Assembly: GCA_041659785.1 (NCBI GenBank)
Contig: JBAZXO010000001.1
Coordinates: 177,649-241,648, forward strand
Direction of reading: 5' to 3'
From: Minisyncoccota bacterium
Lineage (GTDB): Bacteria > Patescibacteriota > Minisyncoccia > Phycocordibacterales > UBA9973
Length of the DNA stretch: 64,000 nt
In this document: piece by piece, positions 24,726-34,254 of the stretch
How positions within the stretch are numbered: position 1 is the first letter of the stretch
Layout: each line of letters begins with the position of its first letter
Made by a program: the position numbers and the translations under genes
Notes under the pieces: model-generated
What the model was told of the DNA's origin: nothing
Database searches by the model: none
What the model saw: only the letters and a program-made list of their open reading frames with translations

Positions 24726-26564
24726 TTATTCCCCCGTACGCATCATCTTCAAAAATACATCTTGAGGGATATTTACTCGTCCCCTTTCTTTCATTTTCTT
24801 CTTACCTTTCTTTTGTTTCTCGCGAAGTTTCATTTTACGAGTGATGTCACCTCCATACATATGCTGAGTGACATCTTTTTTCATACCAGAAAGAGTGCGT
24901 GAAGAAATAATTCTACCAAGAGCTTGGCCTTGCACCTTCAAAGTAAACATCTGACGAGGTAATATCTTTGCGAGCTTTTCCACTGCTTCTTCTGCTTCAC
25001 TCTCTGCCCTCTTTCTAGAAACAACCCTAGAGAAAGCTGGCACAATTTCATCAGCTACTAAGATATCGAGTCTAGTCACATCCGCTACTCGCATATCACC
25101 TATCTCATAAGAAATAGACCCATAACCAGAAGAAGTGCTTTTTAATTCATCAAAGAAATTTCGCATCAATTCACGCAGTGGCATCTGTACAGAGATAGTC
25201 GAACGATTGTCTCCGAAGTTTTCCGTATCACCCACTTCTCCCTCATGATCAAAAAGAAGCTGCATAATATTTCCGACATATTGCACTGGAGTAATTATTT
25301 TTAATTTTACCCATGGTTCAAAGACTGTATCTATGTTTCCATCATCTGGAAAATGGTATGGGGAATAAACTTTCTCTTTTTTACCATTTTTCATTAAAAC
25401 TTCGTAAGTGATAGAAGGCATCGTAATCACTAATTCCAGATTAAATTCCCTTTTTAATCTCTCAGTAATAATTTCCAAATGAAGCATTCCAAGAAATCCA
25501 CATCTAAATCCTCGGCCCAAGGATCCGCTCGATTCTTCTTCGTATGAAAAAGCTGAGTCAGAAAGTTTTAATTTTCCTAAAGAAAGTTTTAATTCTGAAA
25601 AATCATCTGCATCTTCTGGAAAAACTGAAGCCCAGACCACCGGCATTGGCTGCATGTATCCAGGGAAGGCCGGTAGTGGATTTTTCGCCATTGTGATAGT
25701 ATCTCCGACTGATGCAATGCCGGGCTTTTTTATTCCAGTCACAATGTAGCCCGTATCTCCAGGAGAAAGAAAATCACGCGGAGTTTCTTCGGGAGAAAAA
25801 GTCCCCACTTCAAGAGCAGTAAATTTTTCCCCAGAAACTGCAAAGACTAAACTGTCACCCTTAGAAACCTTACCATCAAATACTCGCACAAAAACTATCA
25901 CCCCTCGATGATTTGAATATTTAAAATCAAAAACGAGAGCACGTAAATTATTGTCACCTTGATATTTTTCAATTGGTGCTGGAATACGTTTTACGACTTC
26001 TTGTAAGAGTTCTTCTACCCCTTCTCCCGTACGCCCTGAGACCAAAAGTATATCTTCTGAACTACAATCTAATAAGTTCATCACCTCTTCCTTTATGTCA
26101 TTTATCCGAGCTAGAGGAGAATCAATTTTAGAGAGTACAGGGATGATTTTAAGCCCTCCCTGACGCGCCATAGCAAGCGTAGTAAGCGTTTGAGCCTGGA
26201 CTCCCTGAGTTGAGTCTACCAGCAAAATAGACCCTTCTACGGCCTTTAATGCTCGAGAAACTTCATAGGAAAAGTCTATGTGCCCCGGGGTATCTATCAA
26301 ATTAAGTACAAAAACCTCACCCCCAGCCCCTCTCCTGTCAGGAGAGGGTGGCCAAAGGTCGGGTGAGGTATATTCCATTCGGACTGGCTGCATCTTGATA
26401 GTGATACCCCTTTCGCGTTCGATGTCCATAGAGTCTAGTACTTGGTCACGCATTTTACGCACCTCTATTGTGTGTGTAATCTCAAGCATTCTGTCCGCCA
26501 AGGTACTCTTGCCGTGGTCGATGTGCGCTATGATTGAAAAATTTCTAATGTGTTTTAAATCCAT
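24726..26564 (-). CDS. lepA: elongation factor 4 (LepA) carrying an in-frame insert of about 12 aa encoded by a GC-rich palindromic element
   Basis: G-domain motifs AHIDHGKST, DTPGH and SKID. LepA-specific C-terminal domain. Length 612 aa. Confidence 0.9.
   Translation of the reverse strand: MDLKHIRNFSIIAHIDHGKSTLADRMLEITHTIEVRKMRDQVLDSMDIERERGITIKMQPVRMEYTSPDLWPPSPDRRGAGGEVFVLNLIDTPGHIDFSYEVSRALKAVEGSILLVDSTQGVQAQTLTTLAMARQGGLKIIPVLSKIDSPLARINDIKEEVMNLLDCSSEDILLVSGRTGEGVEELLQEVVKRIPAPIEKYQGDNNLRALVFDFKYSNHRGVIVFVRVFDGKVSKGDSLVFAVSGEKFTALEVGTFSPEETPRDFLSPGDTGYIVTGIKKPGIASVGDTITMAKNPLPAFPGYMQPMPVVWASVFPEDADDFSELKLSLGKLKLSDSAFSYEEESSGSLGRGFRCGFLGMLHLEIITERLKREFNLELVITMPSITYEVLMKNGKKEKVYSPYHFPDDGNIDTVFEPWVKLKIITPVQYVGNIMQLLFDHEGEVGDTENFGDNRSTISVQMPLRELMRNFFDELKSTSSGYGSISYEIGDMRVADVTRLDILVADEIVPAFSRVVSRKRAESEAEEAVEKLAKILPRQMFTLKVQGQALGRIISSRTLSGMKKDVTQHMYGGDITRKMKLREKQKKGKKKMKERGRVNIPQDVFLKMMRTGE
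26315..26368. repeat. GC-rich nested inverted-repeat element (copy 1), in-frame within lepA
   Basis: Outer arms cctcaccc/gggtgagg and inner 10-bp arms ccctctcctg/caggagaggg. The outer and inner arm sequences are shared with the element at 45716-45787. Confidence 0.65.
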
Positions 26565-26566
26565 AA

Positions 26567-28342
26567 TTAAATTATATTTTTAAATCCGCCTGCTTGTAAG
26601 TCCCAAAGTTTTTTATACAAACCGTCTTTTTTGTTTACCAATTCATAATGAAGTCCGTCCTCAGTAATCTTTCCTTTTTCCAAAACAATAATTCGATCCA
26701 TTTCTCGAATAGTTGAAAGTCGATGTGCGATAACTATTGTCGTCTTACCTTTGATGAGTGTACGTAGAGCATCTTGAATTAAAGATTCAGAATGAGAATC
26801 AAGAGAAGATGTCGCTTCATCGAGAACAAGAATTGGAGCATTTTTAAGAATGGCCCGAGCAATAGCTACACGCTGACGTTCTCCACCCGAAAGCTTTACT
26901 CCTCGCTCGCCGACGTATGTCTCATAACCTTTAGGCAATGCATCGATAAATTCATCACAGTGTGCTAAGTGTGCAGCTATTAATACTTCTTCGTCTGTAG
27001 CGTCTCGCCTTCCGTAACGAATGTTTTCCATAAGAGTACGATGAAAGAGTACTGGATCTTGTGGCACGAAAGCTATATGTTCTCGAAGATTTTTCTGGGA
27101 AATATTTTTTATATCAACTCCATCAATCATTACTTTACCAGAAGTAATGTTGAACAATCTCATAAGGAGACGTACGAAAGTCGTCTTACCTGCCCCTGAT
27201 GAACCAACAATAGCAATCTTTTGTGAAGCTGGAATCGTCAAAGAAAAATGATCTAATACTTTAGAATTATTATTCTCATATATATAACTAACATCATCAA
27301 ATACGACTTCCCCTTTAACTTTATTTAAAGCTTGTGTCGAATTATCAATAATTTCATAAGGTGTATCGAGGATGATAGTCATTTCTTGCGCGTTGGCAAA
27401 ACTTTCATAATATGCACGCACAATAGCACCAAAACTCCATAAACCATCAACTAAACGAACAAAATAAAGCTGTAATAAAACAATCACGGGTAAAGTTACT
27501 AAGCCAAGTTTCCAATCATCAATAACCAACCAGAAAATAATAAATTCAGCACAAAAAGTATAGAAACTTTCTACAGTATTAAGCCCTTCCCAGAGATACC
27601 AGTTGAATGCTGTTTTGTTTTTTTGATCTTTAACAACTTCATCTATCTGGCTTTTTTCGTATTCATGTCCTGTGAACAACTGAATTGCTGAATGATTACC
27701 AATTGAATCAGACAAAGCACCAGTAGTTTTCGAATCAGCTTCTGAGGCGATGATATCGTATTTCAATTTATAGCGAATATAAATAAATGCTGTAATTAAA
27801 AATATAATACAGAAAATCCCTAAAATATAAGAATACTTTGGTACCAGTGTATAAAAAGCAATTATTATTCCTATTCCACGAACAAAAAGCGGTATGCCGT
27901 CAGCCATCATTCTGTCAGTTAATTTTTCGAAGGCGTTAGCGTATTTATTTATTTTTCTTACGAGAGAACCACCAAAATTATTTGCAAAAAAGGAATGCGA
28001 ATTTCCGATCATATAAGAAAATGCCTGCTTGCGCAGACCAGCAATAGTATTAGCTTCAAAATATGCAAGTGAAAATCCTGAAGTTCTGCGGATTATCCAA
28101 CGAATAAAGTTTAACAATAAAATAAAAAGAATTACAGACTTAGCGACAGAAACTACTGAAAAATTATTGGCGCTTAAAACATTCCAAAGTTTTAAGTATT
28201 GAAATGGTATATAGACATCAAGGATAGAAGCAATTGTTGTACAAACAACAACAGAAAAAAATGACACCTTGAAGCGTTTTACTACTTGCCAATAATATTT
28301 AAGCACCAAACCTCGGTGCAGATTTGAGTAATCTTTTTCCAT
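26567..28342 (-). CDS. ABC transporter, fused permease and ATPase (MsbA-like exporter)
   Basis: Six-helix transmembrane domain followed by Walker A (GSSGAGKTT), the LSGGERQRVAIARA signature and Walker B (ILVLDEATS). Confidence 0.85.
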   Translation of the reverse strand: MEKDYSNLHRGLVLKYYWQVVKRFKVSFFSVVVCTTIASILDVYIPFQYLKLWNVLSANNFSVVSVAKSVILFILLLNFIRWIIRRTSGFSLAYFEANTIAGLRKQAFSYMIGNSHSFFANNFGGSLVRKINKYANAFEKLTDRMMADGIPLFVRGIGIIIAFYTLVPKYSYILGIFCIIFLITAFIYIRYKLKYDIIASEADSKTTGALSDSIGNHSAIQLFTGHEYEKSQIDEVVKDQKNKTAFNWYLWEGLNTVESFYTFCAEFIIFWLVIDDWKLGLVTLPVIVLLQLYFVRLVDGLWSFGAIVRAYYESFANAQEMTIILDTPYEIIDNSTQALNKVKGEVVFDDVSYIYENNNSKVLDHFSLTIPASQKIAIVGSSGAGKTTFVRLLMRLFNITSGKVMIDGVDIKNISQKNLREHIAFVPQDPVLFHRTLMENIRYGRRDATDEEVLIAAHLAHCDEFIDALPKGYETYVGERGVKLSGGERQRVAIARAILKNAPILVLDEATSSLDSHSESLIQDALRTLIKGKTTIVIAHRLSTIREMDRIIVLEKGKITEDGLHYELVNKKDGLYKKLWDLQAGGFKNII

Positions 28343-28397
28343 TAGTCCCTATTATATCACAAAAACCCTTTATTACAAAGCTTTAATTGAAATATTT

Positions 28398-30851
28398 TTA
28401 TAATGCTGGAGCTGGGGTGGATGTAGGAGTAGGTGCTGGGTCTGGGGCTGGAGAACCACCTCCCCCACTTACTGTGGGGACTCCTCCTCCGGAAGGAGGA
28501 GAGGAAGTCGTGCTTTCCCCTCCTTGTGGAGGAGGGGTGCCTCCGCCAGACGGAGGCGGGGTGGTAGTAGTTGTTGGTGCAGGTGTAGGCGTAGAAATTA
28601 ATGCTGTGGGTGGAGGTGTATTATTTTGCAAAAATGTTTGCAACTCTGTTTCAGTCACACAGGTATTGTTAATACATATTTTATCTTTTGCATGGAAACT
28701 TCCTGCAAACACATCCCCTATCCCATTTGTAACATCTGCGAGCCATGCACCCACTTTCGTATAAACATTATTAAAGAAGGCTGTCACGAAAGATTCAGTA
28801 GCGGGTGAAATGGTCTGCCCTGAACTTAGCTGAAGGGTGCCAGAAACTGCGTTTATGTTTAGATTAAGTTCTTGTAAAGCTTTAGTTAATATTGGAATAA
28901 CACCAGTAGTATTTAGAGATTTCATTCCTTCTACATCAGTCGCTACTAATTTAGGAACTACAGTTTCGACTTCTTGAGCGATAAAACCTAAATTTTTAAT
29001 AGAACCATCTACTTCATAATTCCAATTATAAACAACTGGTCTTAACTTCATTATTGTATCTAATCCATAATTAATATCTTCAATATTTTTCTTCATTCTT
29101 ACATCTGAAGTACAAGATATAGTTCCTCCAGTAGCTAAGGTACATCCTGTGGTATTTACATCGGTAAATTTTGCAATTATAGCTCCAGTTCCAGTGCCTT
29201 TTACCTCCAAAGGAATAGTCGTACCAGTTATTCCAATACCCACATTCCCCGTACTCCCTACTTGTAATCCTGTATATGCAATATTGTAAGCTTGAGAGGC
29301 GACAGTTTGAGAAGTTGAAACAGTGAGGCTTGTGGTTGAGCCAAATGCAGTAATTGTTCCTGCATTCGTACCATCCGCAAATACGAATTGCGAACCTACC
29401 ATTGCGGAAGTGAATGTCGTACCTACACCAGTGATTGTAGTCAAAGATTGAGATGCTGTGCCTGTGCTGTATTGAGTAGGGGTGACGGAGAGGATACCAG
29501 CAGGTACAAGTGTTCCAATGCCAAGATTTCCATTAATTGTTAATTTTTGTCCTGTAAGAGATCCTGCTGTGCCTGAAAAGGTTCCATAAAGGAGAGAGTA
29601 GTTTTTGTCATTCGCAAGCGTAGTCTGAAGCACATTATTTACATAAAAAGCGTTAGAATCAATTTCATTATAACCAGCTGAATATCCTAAGGCGACATTA
29701 TTGTTTCCTGTGGAGTTTGTATAAAGAGCATTAGCACCATTCGCGGTATTATAATAACCTATAGTGTTTAAATAGAGAGATTTATAACCATTTGCGGTAT
29801 TTTCCGATCCTGTGACAAAAATAGAATCATCCATGTTAATAGCCGTACCAGTATTAGAGTAAAGAGCATCTTTGCCATTCGCAGTGTTGCCATCTCCTAT
29901 AATATTTGAATAAAGAGCATTAGCACCATTCGCGGTATTACTATCGCCACTGAATCCTATAAAACAACCAGGTTCTAAAGGATTACAAGTACGAGTTATT
30001 GAAGCGTTAGAATAAAGAGAACTTAAACCAATAGCAGTGTTATTGCCACCAGAAGTATTCGAATATAAAGCTGAGTCACCAATTGCCACGTTGGAGGAAC
30101 CTGTAGTATTACTAAAAAGTGCTTCTGTTCCGCTTGCTAAATTGGCAGAACCAGTTGTATTAGAAAATAAAGCAGACTCACCTTGTGCAATATTATACAA
30201 TCCAGTCATTGTTAAATTTCCACCATCACCAAAAAAATAATTACTTAGGGAAGGATCAGCTGTAACAATATTAACACCCGCATATTTATAAGCAGAGCCT
30301 GAAGAAATATTTATATTCCCCACAACGTCAAGTTTTTGTGAAGGAGTAGTCGTCCCGATTCCAATATTTCCATTCCCTAATACTGAAAATCTTGTTCCCC
30401 CAACTAAAGTGTAAGCTACACCAGAGTTTGCAAGGGTAATAGCATCTGTGGTCATGGAAGTATCTGAAGCAATGGCAGAAATAGTTACAGTCTGACCTGT
30501 GGTTGCTGGTATTGTAATTGTGTCTCCAACTTTAAATGTATTGGTAAATTTTGTACCTACACCCGTGACTGTGGTACCGCCAGCATCATTTGAAACTGTT
30601 CCTATTCCTGTTGTTTCTTGAGCGACTTGAAATTTCGCAGTCGGTGCATTTGTACCGATACCATAAAAAAGTGTCGTTGGGTTTACATAAATTTGATCAA
30701 CCGCGCAGTTTGTATCTGTGGGACCACAAGTAGGATTCAATGTCTCTCCTGGTGCAAAGCGGGTACTAGGTGGAGAAGCAAAAACAAAAGTCGTGACCGT
30801 AAAAAAAGATGCAAATATAAATAACCCGATAAGAAAGAAATTTTTATGCAT
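28398..30851 (-). CDS. very large secreted tail-fibre-like protein with a peptidase-S74 intramolecular-chaperone domain and a Pro/Thr/Gly-rich C-terminus. Likely start is M27 (MHKNFF...) at 30851.
   Basis: Signal peptide. NTxxG/NTTGxxN repeats as in 22702-23979. SDVRMKKNIEDINYGLDTIMKLRPVVYNW...GFIAQEVETVVPKLV matches the S74 chaperone-of-endosialidase domain consensus (SDxRxKxNI ... GFIAQEV). Tail is TPPPSGGGTPPPQGG... Confidence 0.7.
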   Translation of the reverse strand: MHKNFFLIGLFIFASFFTVTTFVFASPPSTRFAPGETLNPTCGPTDTNCAVDQIYVNPTTLFYGIGTNAPTAKFQVAQETTGIGTVSNDAGGTTVTGVGTKFTNTFKVGDTITIPATTGQTVTISAIASDTSMTTDAITLANSGVAYTLVGGTRFSVLGNGNIGIGTTTPSQKLDVVGNINISSGSAYKYAGVNIVTADPSLSNYFFGDGGNLTMTGLYNIAQGESALFSNTTGSANLASGTEALFSNTTGSSNVAIGDSALYSNTSGGNNTAIGLSSLYSNASITRTCNPLEPGCFIGFSGDSNTANGANALYSNIIGDGNTANGKDALYSNTGTAINMDDSIFVTGSENTANGYKSLYLNTIGYYNTANGANALYTNSTGNNNVALGYSAGYNEIDSNAFYVNNVLQTTLANDKNYSLLYGTFSGTAGSLTGQKLTINGNLGIGTLVPAGILSVTPTQYSTGTASQSLTTITGVGTTFTSAMVGSQFVFADGTNAGTITAFGSTTSLTVSTSQTVASQAYNIAYTGLQVGSTGNVGIGITGTTIPLEVKGTGTGAIIAKFTDVNTTGCTLATGGTISCTSDVRMKKNIEDINYGLDTIMKLRPVVYNWNYEVDGSIKNLGFIAQEVETVVPKLVATDVEGMKSLNTTGVIPILTKALQELNLNINAVSGTLQLSSGQTISPATESFVTAFFNNVYTKVGAWLADVTNGIGDVFAGSFHAKDKICINNTCVTETELQTFLQNNTPPPTALISTPTPAPTTTTTPPPSGGGTPPPQGGESTTSSPPSGGGVPTVSGGGGSPAPDPAPTPTSTPAPAL

Positions 30852-30888
30852 TTTTTGAATTGTTAATTTTTTGAGATACATATATTTA

Positions 30889-32649
30889 TTATAACAAAAA
30901 ATTCTGATTAATGATCCCCCTCTTTGCATTAATTATACCAGAAGTATAAACAGTAGTATATGATTCATCTGGATTCTTGCGGTCTATGGTAATGTGATAT
31001 TCGCCTTTAGCAAGCAGACAATAATAATGACCATATTTATCAGCAACACGGTGGAATATCTCTTGCGGAAAACCTTTTCTAAACACGCGGACAATAGCAA
31101 AGGACATTGGTGTTTTGGTTTTAGCATCCATAATCGTCCCTAGAGTTTTAGGTTTTAAAAATAGCCGAATGATAAGAAGTAAAACGTAAATAGCAATAAT
31201 TATAAGATTCAACTTATTAGGATTAATAGCCAACAGAACAGTAGCAGAAATAAATCCAAGATAAAAAAGATTGGTTGAAATAATATTAATTATCCTTGCG
31301 TTTTTTGAATAAAATACCATGAGTTTCTTGTCACGTTTTGCAAACTCATTCCAGTCGAAGGCAAGGGGGTCCATTGGGATGTTTTTAGTGATGACTGTAT
31401 TTTCATTTAGAATAACTTCTCCACCGAAGTATAGATTGTCATAAAGTTCATCTCTAGTCTTTCCAGCAAGTTTTATGGAAGGTGCTTGATAGTTTGTTTT
31501 TCTTGTTGTAATTTCGTACGGACCTGGAGGTGCCAGAAAACCAAAACGTCCATCTAAGTCTGTTATGGCTGTGCCCACTTCTTTTCCTTCTTTATTTTTT
31601 AGAACTACATAGACTGGATCGAGTGGTTGCTTGGTAACACTATCATAAACCGTCCCCCAGGGTGCACGTTTTTTCCTTAAACCAAGTGATACCAGAAGAA
31701 CACTCCAAAGACGAAAAATTAAAAGGGGTACATCGGCAAAAGAAAATACATTCCCAGCAAGGGAAATTGCGACGACAGAACTTCCACCAAGAACACCGAC
31801 ACCGGAGACAGTTTTTGAAGCGATGGAACCAGCAGAAGTATTAACAAATCTAACAACATTTTTTCTTATTGTCCTAGTTGTTTTATCTACAAGAGTTACT
31901 CCTTTTTTAAAAGACTCAAAAATTGTTGTAGTAACTGAAGGTAATGATTGAGTGCCGCCACTGACTCCACCCCCAACATTTCCCGTAAATCCTGGGGTTG
32001 GTGTTGGACTCGGAATCGGAGTAGGTGTGGGATTAGGAGTCGGGGTTGGGGTTGGGGTAGGAGTTGGTGTTGGTGTAGGAGTTGGTGTCGGGGTCGGGGT
32101 TGGGGTTGGGGTTGGTGTAGGATGACCTCCCCCACCACTTTCGCTAGGACGTAAACTAAATGGTTTCCAATCAGTTTGCAAATAGAAATTATCAGTTCCG
32201 CATGAATTATCATCTAAACAATTAAAACTAATCCATCCTAAATTTTGACTCCATGCATAACCATGAAAAATTCCTAAATTATCAATAGTAACTCCTCCTC
32301 GTGTGGGCGCAAAATTAATCCAACCAGTATTTTGCCCCCAAGCATAACCAGCGAGATGACCTTCCGCATCATTAGTCACACCTCCATTCGTTGGTGCTAA
32401 ATTGATCCACCCAGCTAATTCACTCCATGCATTACCTGTAAGTCTAGAATCTGTAACATGTACATTTCCTAAAACAAGAGCAAAATTAATTTTCCCGACA
32501 TTACTATCTAAACCTTTTGCGTATTTATGAACACCATCTATCGTCCCATCAGTAGCGGAAGCATATGCAAAAAGTGGTACTGAAAACACAAAAAGACCTA
32601 AAAGTAACAAATTTTTTAGATATAAACTAAAAATTTTTTTATTTAACAT
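30889..32649 (-). CDS. secreted multi-domain protein: three GWINF/GYAW repeats, a (PT)n linker, transmembrane segments and two carboxypeptidase-regulatory-like (DxDGxF) domains
   Basis: Signal peptide. Repeats GWINLAPTNGGVT..GYAWGQNTGWINF x3. A PTPTPT... linker of about 35 aa. LKNKEGKEVGTAITDLDGRFGF motif. Confidence 0.55.
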   Translation of the reverse strand: MLNKKIFSLYLKNLLLLGLFVFSVPLFAYASATDGTIDGVHKYAKGLDSNVGKINFALVLGNVHVTDSRLTGNAWSELAGWINLAPTNGGVTNDAEGHLAGYAWGQNTGWINFAPTRGGVTIDNLGIFHGYAWSQNLGWISFNCLDDNSCGTDNFYLQTDWKPFSLRPSESGGGGHPTPTPTPTPTPTPTPTPTPTPTPTPTPTPNPTPTPIPSPTPTPGFTGNVGGGVSGGTQSLPSVTTTIFESFKKGVTLVDKTTRTIRKNVVRFVNTSAGSIASKTVSGVGVLGGSSVVAISLAGNVFSFADVPLLIFRLWSVLLVSLGLRKKRAPWGTVYDSVTKQPLDPVYVVLKNKEGKEVGTAITDLDGRFGFLAPPGPYEITTRKTNYQAPSIKLAGKTRDELYDNLYFGGEVILNENTVITKNIPMDPLAFDWNEFAKRDKKLMVFYSKNARIINIISTNLFYLGFISATVLLAINPNKLNLIIIAIYVLLLIIRLFLKPKTLGTIMDAKTKTPMSFAIVRVFRKGFPQEIFHRVADKYGHYYCLLAKGEYHITIDRKNPDESYTTVYTSGIINAKRGIINQNFLL

Positions 32650-32744
32650 TTTATTTACGCTAACCCTTGTATTATATCAATATATATTTTGAAATAAAAG
32701 ATATTTGTGGATAACTTTCTAAAGAAGTAAGCTCTTAACAAAGA

Positions 32745-34211
32745 TTACTCATCTAAAATTTCAAAATCATTACCATCTTCTGGTATAACCTTTTTCCGAC
32801 GAATAAAATAAACCGCGCCTGCCGAAGCTCCTATAAAAATAACTGAGGTAATTATGGGTAAATATGAATTACTGGGACTATTTTCTGGTGTATTACTTTG
32901 GATTGCTGAAGAAGTCAAATCCTCTGGAATAGAACTAAGATTAGTATCAATAACCCCTCCTAACCTCCCCTTATCAAGGGAGGAAAAAGATCCAGAACGT
33001 CCCCCTGATAAGGGGGATTTAGGGGGTTGCACTACTGCCAGGTCTTGCCTAACGGTATAATCAAATACAACTCCTCCTTCTCTATTTATTAATTTTAAAG
33101 TATCTTTATCGGTAATTGAAAAATTTGTAATTCTAGGAGAAATAATCATCTTCTTTTTTGATACCAAAATTGTATTCTTTGGAATCATAAAACTTTTTCC
33201 ATCACTTACTAAAAACCAATTTGAAATGTCAGCATTGTAAAGAGTATTATTCGAAAGCTCTACAAAAAAATCTTTTTCATCACCCACGCTAGATATCGAG
33301 ATGTCTGCTCCAACTATTTTTATATTAATTTCATCTATAGCATCCGGAATGTCCGAATAATTATTAGAATAATAAGAAAGAGACACAACATATTCTCCAG
33401 GGTAAAAATATGCATGAGTAAATTTACTACTATTTATCATTTGTATTTCTTTGGAATCTCCATCACCAAAATTCCAAAAATACTTTCCGTAATGCAACTG
33501 CTCTCCGCCATATCCTAATGTCGTAGCATCAAAAGGTAGTGGTAAATTAACAAAACCAAAAGTCTTGCTTATAATTTTAGTTTTAATTTTAGGTATTTCG
33601 GATACTTTCTTCTGTTCTGGTATTGTATTTGAACTTAAAGGAACAGAAGAAATTGGATTTCCGCCACCAGTTGTAGAAGTTGATGTAGTAGATGTTCCAC
33701 CATTTATTTCTCCAGGTGTGGGAGTAGACCCTACCCAAGAGCCTGATATTTTTTGTAAAGAATTTCCATCACCCGCTCCGCCTAAGGATGTTGTATAAGA
33801 AACTTCATCAATAACACTTCCATCTTGATCTAAAATTTTTAATGTTGTACCAGTATTATTTAAACTTGTAAAACCTGTGTCATACACAGAGCCAGCAAAA
33901 GAAGAGTGCTCTGCCAAGAAAGTATCTTTGTCTCCAGTAAAAATTACATAACCATTAGCCGGAATAGAGAAATTCACTTCACCGTTTATTGTTCTGTTCC
34001 CTCCTCCATCATAAAACCTCCATTTCGAAGCATCGACAGAAACTTCGTTAGATCCAGAATTGTAAATTTCTACCCATTCTCTACTTTTTCCGTTTATCGA
34101 ATCAGAACCCGATAAATCATAGTTTATTTCATTGATACTTAAACCAGCAAAAGCTAAACGACACGCTGAAAAGAAAAAAACCAACACAAAAACTGAAATT
34201 GATTTCTTCAT
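32745..34211 (-). CDS. secreted protein with lamin-tail-domain (LTD)-like modules and a C-terminal membrane anchor
   Basis: Signal peptide. INEINYD...EWVEIYNSG...VDASKWRFYDGGG matches the LTD pattern (INE...EWVEL.N.G...L.GW.L.D). A C-terminal hydrophobic helix is followed by RRKK. Confidence 0.55.
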   Translation of the reverse strand: MKKSISVFVLVFFFSACRLAFAGLSINEINYDLSGSDSINGKSREWVEIYNSGSNEVSVDASKWRFYDGGGNRTINGEVNFSIPANGYVIFTGDKDTFLAEHSSFAGSVYDTGFTSLNNTGTTLKILDQDGSVIDEVSYTTSLGGAGDGNSLQKISGSWVGSTPTPGEINGGTSTTSTSTTGGGNPISSVPLSSNTIPEQKKVSEIPKIKTKIISKTFGFVNLPLPFDATTLGYGGEQLHYGKYFWNFGDGDSKEIQMINSSKFTHAYFYPGEYVVSLSYYSNNYSDIPDAIDEINIKIVGADISISSVGDEKDFFVELSNNTLYNADISNWFLVSDGKSFMIPKNTILVSKKKMIISPRITNFSITDKDTLKLINREGGVVFDYTVRQDLAVVQPPKSPLSGGRSGSFSSLDKGRLGGVIDTNLSSIPEDLTSSAIQSNTPENSPSNSYLPIITSVIFIGASAGAVYFIRRKKVIPEDGNDFEILDE

Positions 34212-34254
34212 CGTAAAAATTTTTTAATATTTTATAATATGCTACAATATTACC

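Noticed and set aside
26315-26368. Possible mini-intein or sequencing artefact as the explanation for the LepA insert
   Set aside because: Twelve residues is far too short for an intein and lacks the Cys/Ser...His-Asn splice motifs. The frame is perfectly preserved and a second copy of the palindrome exists, which argues for a repeat element rather than an assembly error.
28387-28764. Plus-strand ORF encoding a Gly/Val/Pro-rich 125-aa protein
   Set aside because: It lies antisense to the Pro/Thr/Gly-rich C-terminus of the large minus-strand surface protein. It is a mirror artefact of low-complexity coding DNA.
22702-30851. Diversity-generating retroelement targeting the tail-fibre-like proteins
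   Set aside because: No reverse transcriptase gene and no template-repeat / variable-repeat pair with adenine-specific mismatches is visible in the window.
31948-32154. Plus-strand ORF with a WGWGWG repeat, and minus-strand ORF 31896-32213 with a QPQPQP repeat
   Set aside because: These are alternative-frame or antisense readings of the (PT)n-encoding tandem DNA repeat inside gene 30889-32649.
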